The translations under genes were made by a program, and so were the position numbers. Of a DNA stretch of 64,000 bases, positions 49,901 through 60,447 are shown in pieces. Within the stretch, counting starts at the first letter, position 1. Every line of letters begins with the position of its first letter. The DNA is taken from contig CANREL010000005.1 of assembly GCA_947629655.1 (NCBI GenBank), forward strand, positions 24,790 through 88,789, read 5' to 3'. This stretch comes from an uncultured Bacilli bacterium. GTDB lineage: Bacteria; Bacillota_I; Bacilli_A; RF39; UBA660. The notes beneath the pieces are model-generated. The model was not told the origin of the DNA, did no database searches, and worked only from the letters and a program-made list of their open reading frames with translations.

Positions 49901-51770
49901 CATCATAAGAAAGCATTGGTGGCTCAATATCAGCATGATTGACAACTTCCATATTTTCATCAATCAACTCATAGTAAGTCGTATCTTCATCATAAAGTTT
50001 TCCAACTTGTTCAACGTAGACAGTACATCCACTTCGCGTATTACAACGAGATGATGTCGATAAGCTACTACCACTAGCATTATGACTGTTAGCGGGATAA
50101 TAACTACGATAATTAACAGTTTGTCTAACATAATAACCATCCATCAACTTATCATTTATGTCACCATAAACAACATTTTCTTTACGGATTTCATAAGTTA
50201 CAAGTGGTTGCATACTCTTATCTTTGAAAGAATTAATGGCATTGGTCAAATTAGTTGAACTCGTACTGTTAGAAAAATAGATGTCAGCACTTACCCAAAC
50301 TGCATCAAATTTGATATTGATATCTTCAGGTGTAGAACCGTTATAATTGATAGGAATTCTTACATATCTTGTATAAATTGCGTCGTCATAACTAATATTC
50401 GCACTAAAATAATCGGTACGCCAACCATTAAATCCATAATCAGCTGGTCGATTGGTGAACGGATTGTCAATAAGTTCAAACTCGACATAATCGTCTTCTT
50501 TAGAAGCTGTACCATTATCATTAACTGGATAAAGATTGTAGTAGACATAAGTATCTTGCGTCTCATTGACAGATACAGTTCCGTGATAAGTTTCACCATT
50601 TTTCGTCATACCACCATAGTAAGTCGTCTGCACTGTTACTAAGTTATCATCAGAATAAACTTTTTTATTCTCCATACTTGGCAAGCGCCCATCTTCACTA
50701 TAAGTGTAATTAAGTCCCATGTAATAGTTATAGTCAGAATCCAAATCATTGACATAGACAGTATTATCACTTATTCCTGAATCGTGAAGGACAATTCTTT
50801 CAGAAACAGCACGTTTCTTAGTATCATTTGGTTTTTCAACAACTTCATTTATTTTCAAATAATAGATATCATTTTCATAAACCCATTTATAATCTTTCGA
50901 ATAGACGTTTTCATTAAGTGTACTCAAGAAGTTCTCTGTCACATTATCTTTTGTATAGACACTCTCAGAATTGATATTAGAATCAGTAACATTACAATCG
51001 AGCAAAATATTATCAAATAGTGAAGTCTCACTAATCTTACCACTGATACTTCCAACGACAGTTTTCTTTTCTTCACTGATCAATTCAGTTTTTATATAGG
51101 AATTAGCTATTTTACTATTAACATTTTCCCCACTGATACTTCCAATATAAATGTTTTCCTTACTCTGTTCATTCTTTTGAATATTGATACTACTATCCGT
51201 AAGAGATAGATTACTGATAGAAGAATCATTAGAAATACTACCAGCTATAACACCGACGTATAAATTATTTTCAGCAATCGTATTGATAGTGACACTAGTC
51301 AAGTTTAAATTACTTATATTGGCACCATCAATCTTAGTAAAAATTCCCGTATAAAGAGAAGAATCGATACCTTTACTAGCAATTATTTTCAAATTGGCAA
51401 TCGTATGACCTTGACCATCAAGAATACCATTAAAAATATTAGTACCGCTTCCAATTGTTTCAAAGTTTAAATTACCCATGTTGATATCAGCCGTTAAAAC
51501 ATAATATTTACTGCGATATAAAGCACTGTCTCTTCCTTCAATAACTTGTTTAAAATAAGCTAATTCTTCGCCATTAGATATCTGGTAAGGATTAGCTTCA
51601 GTACCATTTCCACCATCAAAAGAAGTCGCTACTTCACCACTCCAAACATTTTCTATTGTCACAAAGTTACTAAAGGTACTTGGTGATAACCAAGATGAAA
51701 TTCCAACTACTATGATCAATAGAAAAAAGATACAAAGAACTAAGTTTTTCTTGAACTTCTTTCGATACAT
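43917..51770 (-). CDS. giant (2617 aa) secreted surface protein with parallel beta-helix-type tandem repeats (adhesin/fibre-like)
   Basis: N-terminal signal/anchor (KKNLVLCIFFLLIIVVGISS). More than 25 tandem ~20-aa repeats of the form (V/I)(F/Y)GG(G/S)N..G.(V/T), similar to Pmp/autotransporter beta-helix repeats. No LPXTG or C-terminal TM. Confidence 0.8.
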   Translation of the reverse strand: MYRKKFKKNLVLCIFFLLIIVVGISSWLSPSTFSNFVTIENVWSGEVATSFDGGNGTEANPYQISNGEELAYFKQVIEGRDSALYRSKYYVLTADINMGNLNFETIGSGTNIFNGILDGQGHTIANLKIIASKGIDSSLYTGIFTKIDGANISNLNLTSVTINTIAENNLYVGVIAGSISNDSSISNLSLTDSSINIQKNEQSKENIYIGSISGENVNSKIANSYIKTELISEEKKTVVGSISGKISETSLFDNILLDCNVTDSNINSESVYTKDNVTENFLSTLNENVYSKDYKWVYENDIYYLKINEVVEKPNDTKKRAVSERIVLHDSGISDNTVYVNDLDSDYNYYMGLNYTYSEDGRLPSMENKKVYSDDNLVTVQTTYYGGMTKNGETYHGTVSVNETQDTYVYYNLYPVNDNGTASKEDDYVEFELIDNPFTNRPADYGFNGWRTDYFSANISYDDAIYTRYVRIPINYNGSTPEDINIKFDAVWVSADIYFSNSTSSTNLTNAINSFKDKSMQPLVTYEIRKENVVYGDINDKLMDGYYVRQTVNYRSYYPANSHNASGSSLSTSSRCNTRSGCTVYVEQVGKLYDEDTTYYELIDENMEVVNHADIEPPMLSYDEVKYPLYDERDNMSTFYKKVNLSRGQSLAGYYDETGVLHTSGTCGSTSCTYYDLIQYYDDNGSTSNFDIDEEYYYLVTRDTNLIVVRSALTGAWGSSQTKPLTVTSSYDGREYNPTWTLSNAYIRAGDDLGIENITIYSAQSRTEANATSGVSSKNLYGYYNNVKIGRGIKASATNQSNFASVIGGGNQNVGSSSSPTPYRLIVESGYYNTTSLVCGATTSTYNVYVHAESIYGNDYDRVANNDNNLDVYYTASGSWGCNVRGTSTTDTPIKQKVKSGKFGSHRPTDYTNSNTNSYTYGIYVGGRAYGGIYATRQITVEGGWIYNLIGGPLSQSSSANYNDDLFYIKGGSIDAIIGGAGRSETYGNRVIQVTDGTINYSVFGGSNGITGSGTEGVLTGSPYIYIGGNATIGNQQYVDNNSTLFGFEAGSVFGIGNGKAGTDTIGTANNSYIIIDGEANILRNVYGGGNYGAVGISSSLPSSETKINVLNGNIHGSIFGGGNRNGSGDDNKDATITINVYDGTVGSIYGGSNEEGSIHGDVVINHYGGVVNNDIYGGGYGGTTGSSGGTFVRDTVEINVGDESYTTTPTINGSVYGGSAFGTVNGLSHSTAVSKNGTTVNINKGIIKNSVFGGGRGNGTYTPYVLGDITVNINGGNITDVFGGNDAAGTPNGEVTVNLNDGIIGRVFGGGNNASVKTNHVNLQGSTVTSIFGGSNSSGTVTESNVIAKSGVVETIYGGNNVAGNTVTSNVTIEDGTIKTAVYGGGRLAKTQTTNVTLNGTTVPDVFGGGENADVTDGTHVVQNGTTVTNLYGGSNAGGNIATSSIIINGSTTTNVFGGNNIAGLTSTTNITMNDGTVTNMYGGGNKVGVTTSNINLDGGTITTVFGGSNQDGDVSTSNIKTVDSTKELTIGDVYGGNNLGGTTSDPTIDLEKGTYENVFGGGNRAETTGNAIISVKNSTVNKSIYGGGNQAGLLGNTTVFVLGETTVNESIFGGGNHGPIGETGGSSLATVNVAGAVVGKNVYGGCNTSVVNGKTQVNIGFNAISDIELNDGGDINIAGTVFGGGEANEAGSEIYDFEAISVTDGIDIVINGTGYGSNALKFKIHGSIFGSGNASSSSGPSNIIIKSLGTRNEPNSAISIQRADSVTLDNSTLELVGTTDRTNEYSTILYSLNRIKKLKLKNNATLLLQQNANMLEEFDSIAEVNGEEVKATVTIDKESGTVVRNVDNRLYMLAGKNLNVTKNEKATDYGIVSGMTFLGMYQNYGTIVYGMYDYDKTAQSSVSADDLITGGSYVLGLHKLDHNIEEDGYYTNYINDSYDALTVDYVEPTPPDSNFYRWTIGTSSINYSFSLTASKYSSLGTYELSMTDFTEGNTIFNVIGFNGNGLAEGVSLKDSTEVPKLAPTEEEASKILGLSMKAETIEWTSHATTRYTKDENGNRYLGDVVYETDNQTVAPSLMFYLYHAKNITGNQKLGTVVVTLQALTPINEIEHKVELVTITITIDSKEYDDKDAYDGSITFGKKYEMPSAVDVNITNKSQFTAYFSLFESQTRIKDAYGSLNDYHHALVSSYVFPVGTKITMIDYGANEQNPAYYYYIVDEESYQTSLASYEDGQVSYRLSNFIRMDSIDKDNTYNDIESNNLYYHADTNYVMEEFIFIFDFEDTDIQGEQLDNTILFELHNDEDFCITSVLGIRQELMKYNLYQSSNVALTEEADMDTQYLYYDTPKTINYHTSVGYELTGSLQSIVDTNYESSSMGINVTLFNASGDQVSSSQLGSTTIVIDDVVYYVDSEGIFRIKLTDKVANLTKNITMMTGPQLPTGRYTMRIALFASNDGLHNSSTKQPTIIEKEIVVVGNNNLIVSSTEDNSKLVIGETGLNMDDAKVEKFTLKYQSVLQNPNIRLSVYRRDTQTHNTNEYVEISPNEIFTDTFSFPEGTFTKQTENEHMVTTTPTATITLNYNLRDDLKSGTYRVLFKLYDGNQIIEEDYEYIIIRKNV
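46560..48440 (-). repeat. in-frame tandem coding repeats (~60 nt period) encoding the GG(G/S)N beta-helix repeats of the giant protein
   Basis: Periodic xFGGGNxxGxV units are visible in the translation. Many antisense shadow ORFs (P/L/V-rich) in the track fall in this stretch. Confidence 0.5.
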
Positions 51771-51852
51771 CTATTTTCACCTATTATTATTATAACATCT
51801 TTATTGCAAGTAAAAAAGAAGCTTAGCTTCTTTTTATAACATTTTTATCATT

Positions 51853-52971
51853 TTAATCATTCTTTTTAGTCTCAATACTTCTTATCTCTTTATTAGTGTT
51901 AACTCTATCCCTAATCTTTTTCAATTCAAAGTTCTCTTCATGACCAACATTGACAATAATTTTCTCAATTAGGATTAAGACTTCACCAACTCTTCGATTA
52001 TCATGAATGAATTTTTCATCACGATCAACGCGAATGCGATATTTCAAGACTTTAAAGATGGCATCAAAGTATTCATTTTCATCGTATAGTAAAGAGTAAG
52101 CCAAAAGTTTTAAATAGATATACATTGGCATGTCATATAACCTATCTTGGATATCTTTAGTAAACATGATTTCTTCAAAGTCATAATCATATAATTCATC
52201 AAAAGGAACATTTTTAAAGCACTCCAAAACAGCATCAGGATCAACAAAAGTAGTGACAGCAATCTCATAGACATATTTTAGTTTCAATGATCCCTGTTTA
52301 GTCAATTTTAACTTTTTCTTCTTTAATTTCAAGACTTTTAGAACTAAATTTAAAAAGTCTTGTTCTGAACTATTACCAACTCTTTTTATCTCACAAGTAG
52401 CTTGATTTACTAAAGGAATCTTATTCTCCGCACCAACTTTTATGACTTGGGTATATTCAAGTGGGGTTTCGACAGTCTTTTTCTTCTTGTCTTCTTTCGT
52501 GATATACTTTTTAAAAATCTTATCAAAATTAATGATTAAATATATTAAGAAAATGAAAGCGATAAAAGCAAATATCTTCAATATTAAAGAAATTGATACA
52601 ACAAAAACAACCCGACCAATGACATCTTTTTTATCTACCGGATCATCATCTAAATTATTGACATCGCCCCTAGTTATTACTCTTTCCTTTTCTATTCTCA
52701 TAACGCGATGCGTAATGAAAGCGCCATCATCATTGAAAGTAATTATATCATCAGTACTGTAGTTATCAGCAATTTTGACAATGACGATATCATTTACTTC
52801 AATAGTTCCTGACATACTTCCACTAGCTACGACGAAATATGTATAACCAAAGATATTGATATATGGTTTATTCAACACTTTAGTTACAATTAATGTATAT
52901 AATGAAAATAATACTAGAATAGACAATAAACTATAGGTAAAGTATTTAAATATCTTCTTTATTACCTTCAT
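51853..52971 (-). CDS. SipW-type signal peptidase I fused to a ~200-aa C-terminal cytoplasmic domain
   Basis: VVASGSMSGTIEVNDIVIVK (Ser motif), ITHRVM (His), a TM after the peptidase core, then a long K/E-rich extension. RBS AGGTGG before MKVIKK. Confidence 0.7.
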   Translation of the reverse strand: MKVIKKIFKYFTYSLLSILVLFSLYTLIVTKVLNKPYINIFGYTYFVVASGSMSGTIEVNDIVIVKIADNYSTDDIITFNDDGAFITHRVMRIEKERVITRGDVNNLDDDPVDKKDVIGRVVFVVSISLILKIFAFIAFIFLIYLIINFDKIFKKYITKEDKKKKTVETPLEYTQVIKVGAENKIPLVNQATCEIKRVGNSSEQDFLNLVLKVLKLKKKKLKLTKQGSLKLKYVYEIAVTTFVDPDAVLECFKNVPFDELYDYDFEEIMFTKDIQDRLYDMPMYIYLKLLAYSLLYDENEYFDAIFKVLKYRIRVDRDEKFIHDNRRVGEVLILIEKIIVNVGHEENFELKKIRDRVNTNKEIRSIETKKND

Positions 52972-53028
52972 ATTTCCACCTATTATACTATTCAATTATA
53001 CATTATCAAAAAGAAAAAAACTAGTATT

Positions 53029-54657
53029 TTACCAGTTCTTCTCTATTTTTTTAAATTCAACAATAAATTTTATTACATCTAAAGATATATCACTCTTACT
53101 AATATTGCTGTATAGATTGATGAAATCAATCGTTTCTTCTAACTGTTTTATATTATCAGTTAAATCTTCTTTAGTAAGATTTACATTTAATAATTTATAT
53201 TTATCAACAATCATATCACTTATATCAGAATTATCTAAGAATTTAATCTGTTTGACAAAAGTGTTATCGATATCGTAGACATAATCAAATAATTCATTAA
53301 ACTCTTTGATGTAGTTGAAATCATCTTCACTCTTTTCAATCTTAGGTGATAGATTTTTAAAATAGCCATAGAATGATACACATATGCGCAAAGCATCATT
53401 AATAGTAGAAGTATCATCTAGTTTCTCCATGATCATCTCATTGATACGAGCATCATCCAACTCATCATGTAGAGTGTTTAACTTTTTAACAGCGTCATTT
53501 ATTTGAACTTTTAATAAGTCACGATTAACTTTTTTAGTGAAGAATAAGAATTTAGGATCTTTTTTGTTATATTGACTACAAAGATTAACTCTTTCTTTTT
53601 CTTCTTTTTCAATCTCTTTTATCTTATTTTGATATATACCTTTATAAGTATCTTTTTTACCATATCTAGTAACAATATCTTTGACGATAGCCTTGTACTT
53701 ATTGTAACCATTTAATTCGACAACGACATATTTTAAGTTTTTAGCGCGTTCATAGAGATTCTCTTTCTCTTCATCAGTTAGTTGATCAAACTCTTTATCA
53801 ATCAACAACTTATTGAGATGCTTACGAGCTAATGGTGAATCAGGTAAATAGTCATAAATAGATAATTCATCATTAAAGAATTTATAACTTAGTAAGTACG
53901 TATCTCTTCGTTCATTATCTTCAAGAATGCTGCACAACTTATTATAGTCTTCCAAGCATGTTGGCAAATTGATGGTATTATTCGTCAACAAAGAATTATT
54001 AGTCATATCAAAATAAGTTTGTAACTCTTTTTCATATTTTTTGTACAGATTTCTAATACTCAACTTGATATGTGTCGTTATGTTGGGGCATTCCCAATAT
54101 ATTTGATTGAAAACAGCGATGATATCATCTTTAAAAGTATCTTTATTCATACTTTCAAAGTAGACTTTCATGTATTGTTTAGAATACATGGTGTAGTCAA
54201 AATCATCAGGAGTCAATTCAATTGAAGCCTGTTTAAATAGCGCAATGACTCTTCTAATCATCAAGTCGACACGACTCAAATTAGATATATCGATATCATT
54301 GATGTTGTTGACAATCTTATCAAAATCTAATTTTTCATAGATAGTATTATGTTCATTAGTATTCTTTATGACACTTTTATAAACATTGATGCGTTCTTTT
54401 ATAGCGGTATAGTTAGCTGTCGTATCTTTTGGCATTAAAGCATCTACACGTCTTTGCATCTCTTCATAGACCGCTTTCTTTAAGGAAGTGTATTCTTCAA
54501 CCTTATTATTAATGTAAGCATTTCTACTGTTGACAGCATTTATATGGTAGGTTTTCATCATCTTTTTAGTACCAGTAGTTGTCTCTAATTGGTACTCTTC
54601 GATATATTTTTTATCTTCTTCAAATAGGTTTAAAACTTCATTCATTCTCTTCTTCAT
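53029..54657 (-). CDS. hypothetical cytoplasmic protein
   Basis: 542 aa, N/K/D-rich, with no signal peptide. No family recognised. Confidence 0.5.
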   Translation of the reverse strand: MKKRMNEVLNLFEEDKKYIEEYQLETTTGTKKMMKTYHINAVNSRNAYINNKVEEYTSLKKAVYEEMQRRVDALMPKDTTANYTAIKERINVYKSVIKNTNEHNTIYEKLDFDKIVNNINDIDISNLSRVDLMIRRVIALFKQASIELTPDDFDYTMYSKQYMKVYFESMNKDTFKDDIIAVFNQIYWECPNITTHIKLSIRNLYKKYEKELQTYFDMTNNSLLTNNTINLPTCLEDYNKLCSILEDNERRDTYLLSYKFFNDELSIYDYLPDSPLARKHLNKLLIDKEFDQLTDEEKENLYERAKNLKYVVVELNGYNKYKAIVKDIVTRYGKKDTYKGIYQNKIKEIEKEEKERVNLCSQYNKKDPKFLFFTKKVNRDLLKVQINDAVKKLNTLHDELDDARINEMIMEKLDDTSTINDALRICVSFYGYFKNLSPKIEKSEDDFNYIKEFNELFDYVYDIDNTFVKQIKFLDNSDISDMIVDKYKLLNVNLTKEDLTDNIKQLEETIDFINLYSNISKSDISLDVIKFIVEFKKIEKNW

Positions 54658-54781
54658 CAGGCACTAAAATTTTGTTATTCAAATATTTTATGTGCTCTTC
54701 TATCTTTCCATAAAATTCCAATAATTCTTCGTTTGTAAGTCCATCGAAATTCATAGGTATTTCCTCATCATCTACTACCAT
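54638..54781 (-). CDS. small acidic protein (48 aa), hypothetical
   Basis: MVVDDEEIPMNFDGLTNEELLEFYGKIEE.... GGAGGTG RBS at 7 nt. A possible -10 TATAAT lies upstream. It is coupled to (overlaps) the next gene's start. Confidence 0.35.
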   Translation of the reverse strand: MVVDDEEIPMNFDGLTNEELLEFYGKIEEHIKYLNNKILVPDEEENE

Positions 54782-54916
54782 AAAGGCACCTCCGCCAAAA
54801 GAATATGTTCTCCGTATACTATACACAATCATTATACCTTTAAATCGTAAACCTTCGCAACATAAAAAGAAAATATTTTTTTTATTTTACAAAAGAAAAA
54901 AGACCCATTGGTCTTT

Positions 54917-55936
54917 TTATCCTCCATCTACATTTTCATTTAAGCTAAATTGCATATCGAAAGCTATACTTCCGCCAGATGCAACGTTTTCACAGTCAAC
55001 ATCTTGTCCTTCAACCCATAAGTATACTCTTACTTTTGAAACTCCAGCTTTTAAATCAAATGCTTTAGCATATGTAGCAGCAGGGATTCCACTTGCTACA
55101 CTAGTAATATCAGGTGTAACTGCGGTAAAGTATGTTGCATCTGTACTATCTAATGCAACTCCTTCTGTTATTTCAGCAGTTACTCCATAATAGTCTAGTC
55201 TATCATTACCTGTCGCATTTACAGTTTTTCCATAAACGCTTGAGGCATTGGCAATACCTGCTTTTGTATGAACATCATAGTTTGGTTCCCAAATTCTTGC
55301 CGTTGTACCTTTTAATGCTTGAATTGTTCCAGCTGGGTCACCGGCATTAGCTGTTTCTGAACTTACTATAAATCCAGCTCTAGCAGCATTTTGGATACCA
55401 GTTTGTTGTTCTGGGCCTGCTTTAATACTAGATAAGTTAGTTAAGTAAACAGTTGAATCTTTTTGAACTTGGAAAAATAAATCAAATGCTATAAAGTTAC
55501 CAGTAGTTCCTTGTACTTCATTATCTTTTGTTGCGGTTAATGCATAGTTACCACCATCATCAGATCCTATTTCTCCAAGATACATTTCCATAAGTCCTTC
55601 TATATCCACTGTTCCATCAGTAGATACTGGAGCGAGACTATTTAGACCTTGTGGAAACTGATTTTTATTTGTTGGGTAATTTTCATTAGTTCCATTGATT
55701 GTATTAAGGATATCATCATTTGTTATTACTGGTTTCCACTCAACACCATCTACTGAAATTTGTAGACCACTTGAAGCAGCGACATTTACATTAATTGTAT
55801 TAACTGTAACTGTCTTATTGGCAGTGAACCATGCGTATGATGTTGTTACTGTCATGACACCTGTTAGTAATAGCATCAATATGGCAAGTAGTAATTTTCT
55901 CTTTTTCTTCTTGCGCCTATCGCTTTTAGATTTCAT
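54917..55936 (-). CDS. secreted protein with SipW-cognate-like signal (TasA/camelysin-like candidate)
   Basis: MKSKSDRRKKKKRKLLLAILMLLLTGVMTVTTSYAWFTANKTV... This compares with the TasA signal region ...GGGTWAAFND. The mature part is Gly/Thr/Ala/Asn-rich beta-type. Confidence 0.5.
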   Translation of the reverse strand: MKSKSDRRKKKKRKLLLAILMLLLTGVMTVTTSYAWFTANKTVTVNTINVNVAASSGLQISVDGVEWKPVITNDDILNTINGTNENYPTNKNQFPQGLNSLAPVSTDGTVDIEGLMEMYLGEIGSDDGGNYALTATKDNEVQGTTGNFIAFDLFFQVQKDSTVYLTNLSSIKAGPEQQTGIQNAARAGFIVSSETANAGDPAGTIQALKGTTARIWEPNYDVHTKAGIANASSVYGKTVNATGNDRLDYYGVTAEITEGVALDSTDATYFTAVTPDITSVASGIPAATYAKAFDLKAGVSKVRVYLWVEGQDVDCENVASGGSIAFDMQFSLNENVDGG

Positions 55937-55952
55937 CTTTTTCTCCTCCCTT

Positions 55953-56657
55953 TTAATTTCTTACAATTCTTTCCTCTGTAATGTCCATGTGCATTTTAAT
56001 ACCTCCACCAAGCAGTTCATTGTTACAATCTGGATCATCTCCCTCAATCCATACAACGATTGTAAAGTGATCTTTATCTCCTGGTGAAAAGTTTTTTCTT
56101 TCTTCTAATACTGCGATATCTTTAGAGTAAAACTTCTTAGTTCCTTCTTCAGCTTTCTTTGTTTTTTCGTTAGCTTTTGCGTAGATCGTTTTTACACCAT
56201 TGTGATAGATCATTACCCTTATTGCTTTGTCTAGGTCTCTTATGGTGTCATCAACATCAATTTCATACCAGTAATTGATAGTTTGTTCACCATTATGGAC
56301 TAGATAAAAGCTATAAGCAAAGTAATTATCACCATTATGAGATCCGTTTGCTTCCGTATCAACATCTTCACTAATCCATTTTACAGAGATATTGTCCATG
56401 TATTCAGCAGCATTCGCAGATAAATCTCTCGTTTTGTTCTTCTTAGATCCATCCTCTGTTAAAAAGATACTACTCTTTAACATGTCTTTATCTACTGATA
56501 TTGTAAAATTACTTTCATTGTATACTACATATAGAATAAAATATATAGCGAAGATAATTAACAATAGTAATAGAAGAACAACTTTAGATACTTGGGAAAA
56601 TATCTTTTTCTTATGAATTTTATCTGCAGTAGTAGAAACATTATAATCTCTCTTCAT
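55953..56657 (-). CDS. signal-anchored secreted protein, hypothetical (same locus family)
   Basis: 234 aa with a long hydrophobic anchor (VVLLLLLLIIFAIYFILYVVY). It sits 16 nt upstream of the previous gene. Confidence 0.45.
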   Translation of the reverse strand: MKRDYNVSTTADKIHKKKIFSQVSKVVLLLLLLIIFAIYFILYVVYNESNFTISVDKDMLKSSIFLTEDGSKKNKTRDLSANAAEYMDNISVKWISEDVDTEANGSHNGDNYFAYSFYLVHNGEQTINYWYEIDVDDTIRDLDKAIRVMIYHNGVKTIYAKANEKTKKAEEGTKKFYSKDIAVLEERKNFSPGDKDHFTIVVWIEGDDPDCNNELLGGGIKMHMDITEERIVRN

Positions 56658-56862
56658 TTAAACCACCTATTCTTTTCATAATTTAATTTTTGAGTATATG
56701 CTTCTTCTACTATACTACTACCATAATTATATTTGACCTAATGTCTATAATCAATACCTTTTGTCAATATATGTCTAAACTTGACACACTTTTTTACAAT
56801 TAAAAAGTGACAAATTGACTATAACATTTACATATGTTAAGATTATCATAGTGGTGAAGGAT

Positions 56863-57450
56863 ATGAAATATAAACGTTATATACTTATGTTACTCATATT
56901 TTTACTATTTGGTGTCACATTTTTCTTATTGCAAGACACCCTTGCCAAATATCGTAAAAAAGTAGATGAAAATGTTGACATAAGTCTAGCTAGTTGGAAT
57001 ATAAAATTGAATGGAGAAAGTGTCGCTGGTAAAAGTTCAATAACAGGTAATATAACTCCTATCTTTGATGAGAGTGAACATGTAGCTAGTGGAGTGCTAT
57101 CTCCAGGAATTAAAGGATATTTTGATATTGATATCGATGCTTCTGATGTCGATGTATCATTTACTTATCATTTATCTGTTTTGGCAAGTGATGTTGAGAG
57201 CTATCCCGATATCATTGCTTATGGTTACACACTTGATCCTGACAATAATGGAGATGTTATCGATTATGCTGAAGATGGTATCGATGGTTCAATCGTTCAC
57301 AATACAGCTTCGACTAAGATACGTGTCTATATCATGTGGGATGATAGTGATAGTAATTCAATGGACAATGCTCAAGATACAGCTCTTGCTATTGCTAATG
57401 AAAACATAACGATGAAAGCAACTTTTAACTTTGAACAAATAAAAGAATAA
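56863..57450 (+). CDS. secreted protein with SipW-cognate-like signal (TasA-like candidate)
   Basis: Start placed at MKYKRYILML (GGTGAAGGA RBS). Signal peptide then ...TLAKYRKKVDEN.... It diverges from the minus-strand array. Confidence 0.45.
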   Translation: MKYKRYILMLLIFLLFGVTFFLLQDTLAKYRKKVDENVDISLASWNIKLNGESVAGKSSITGNITPIFDESEHVASGVLSPGIKGYFDIDIDASDVDVSFTYHLSVLASDVESYPDIIAYGYTLDPDNNGDVIDYAEDGIDGSIVHNTASTKIRVYIMWDDSDSNSMDNAQDTALAIANENITMKATFNFEQIKE

Positions 57451-59467
<2,017 letters not shown>

Positions 59468-59520
59468 CTATATATATTATACCAAAATATAGTCATTTTT
59501 ACATAAAAAAGAGAGTATTT

Positions 59521-60438
59521 CTACTCCCATAAATTACTTGGATATTCACCATCAGCTATCATTTTTTTAATGGCTTCAACAACACTTTCCTTGTCTTCAC
59601 GATAAGTAACGCCATACCACTTAGCTGTCGTTGGAATGACTTTGACATCGGCTTTGTTTTCTTCGATAGCTTCAAATAGAATCTCTGGTATTAAGAATTC
59701 ACATTTTTGATGATCATTTTTATTCTTATCTAGAAAAGTATATAATTTACTTTCTAAAATATCGAATAACTTTGGCGTAAATCCCATTAGATTCATAGAT
59801 ACATAAGCATCATCAGGAACAGTGAACTCTTCACTTCCATCTAGTGGTTTGGCAACGATTTCACCATTTATCTTCTCAACACTACTTTCGATAATTCTAG
59901 TCAAATAACCATCGCGTTCTTCACACACCCCACGTTTAACCGAACCATTTTCTGTCAAAGTGTTAGCGACGTGATAACCGATTATCGCATATTCTTCTTT
60001 TTCTTTTGGTTGCAAATTCTTTAAATAGTTAGCCAAAACCATGTAACCGTCACGTCCATAGAAATCATCAGCATTGATGACACCAAAATTTTCATGAATT
60101 TTATCTTTAGCTTCAAGAATGGCATGACCTGTTCCCCATGGTTTTTCACGATCAGCTAGATATTGGAATTCTTCAGGAATATCCGTTATCTTTTGAAAAA
60201 CGTATTCCACTTTGATATTTTGTTTTTCAACTCTCTTACCAATCGTCTCTTTAAAGACGTCGTAATTCTCTTCTTTGATTACAAATACAACTTTATTAAA
60301 ACCAGCTTTAATAGCGTCATATATTGAGTAATCAATGATGAATTCCCCATTTGGTCCGACTGGTTCAATCTGTTTTAATCCACCAAAACGTGAACCCATT
60401 CCAGCGGCCATGATGAGCAATGTTAAATCTTTTTCCAT
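59521..60438 (-). CDS. sugar-phosphate nucleotidyltransferase (NTP_transferase family)
   Basis: N-terminal LIMAAGMGSRFGG...K motif (G-x-G-T/S-R nucleotide-binding loop). 305 aa. Confidence 0.6.
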   Translation of the reverse strand: MEKDLTLLIMAAGMGSRFGGLKQIEPVGPNGEFIIDYSIYDAIKAGFNKVVFVIKEENYDVFKETIGKRVEKQNIKVEYVFQKITDIPEEFQYLADREKPWGTGHAILEAKDKIHENFGVINADDFYGRDGYMVLANYLKNLQPKEKEEYAIIGYHVANTLTENGSVKRGVCEERDGYLTRIIESSVEKINGEIVAKPLDGSEEFTVPDDAYVSMNLMGFTPKLFDILESKLYTFLDKNKNDHQKCEFLIPEILFEAIEENKADVKVIPTTAKWYGVTYREDKESVVEAIKKMIADGEYPSNLWE

Positions 60439-60447
60439 ATATTCCTC

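Noticed and set aside
35867-57450. Mobile element or prophage origin for the 21-kb accessory locus
   Set aside because: There is no integrase, transposase, recombinase, tRNA attachment site or phage structural gene. I could not identify flanking direct repeats by eye. It is best described as an accessory surface-protein locus, with origin unresolved.
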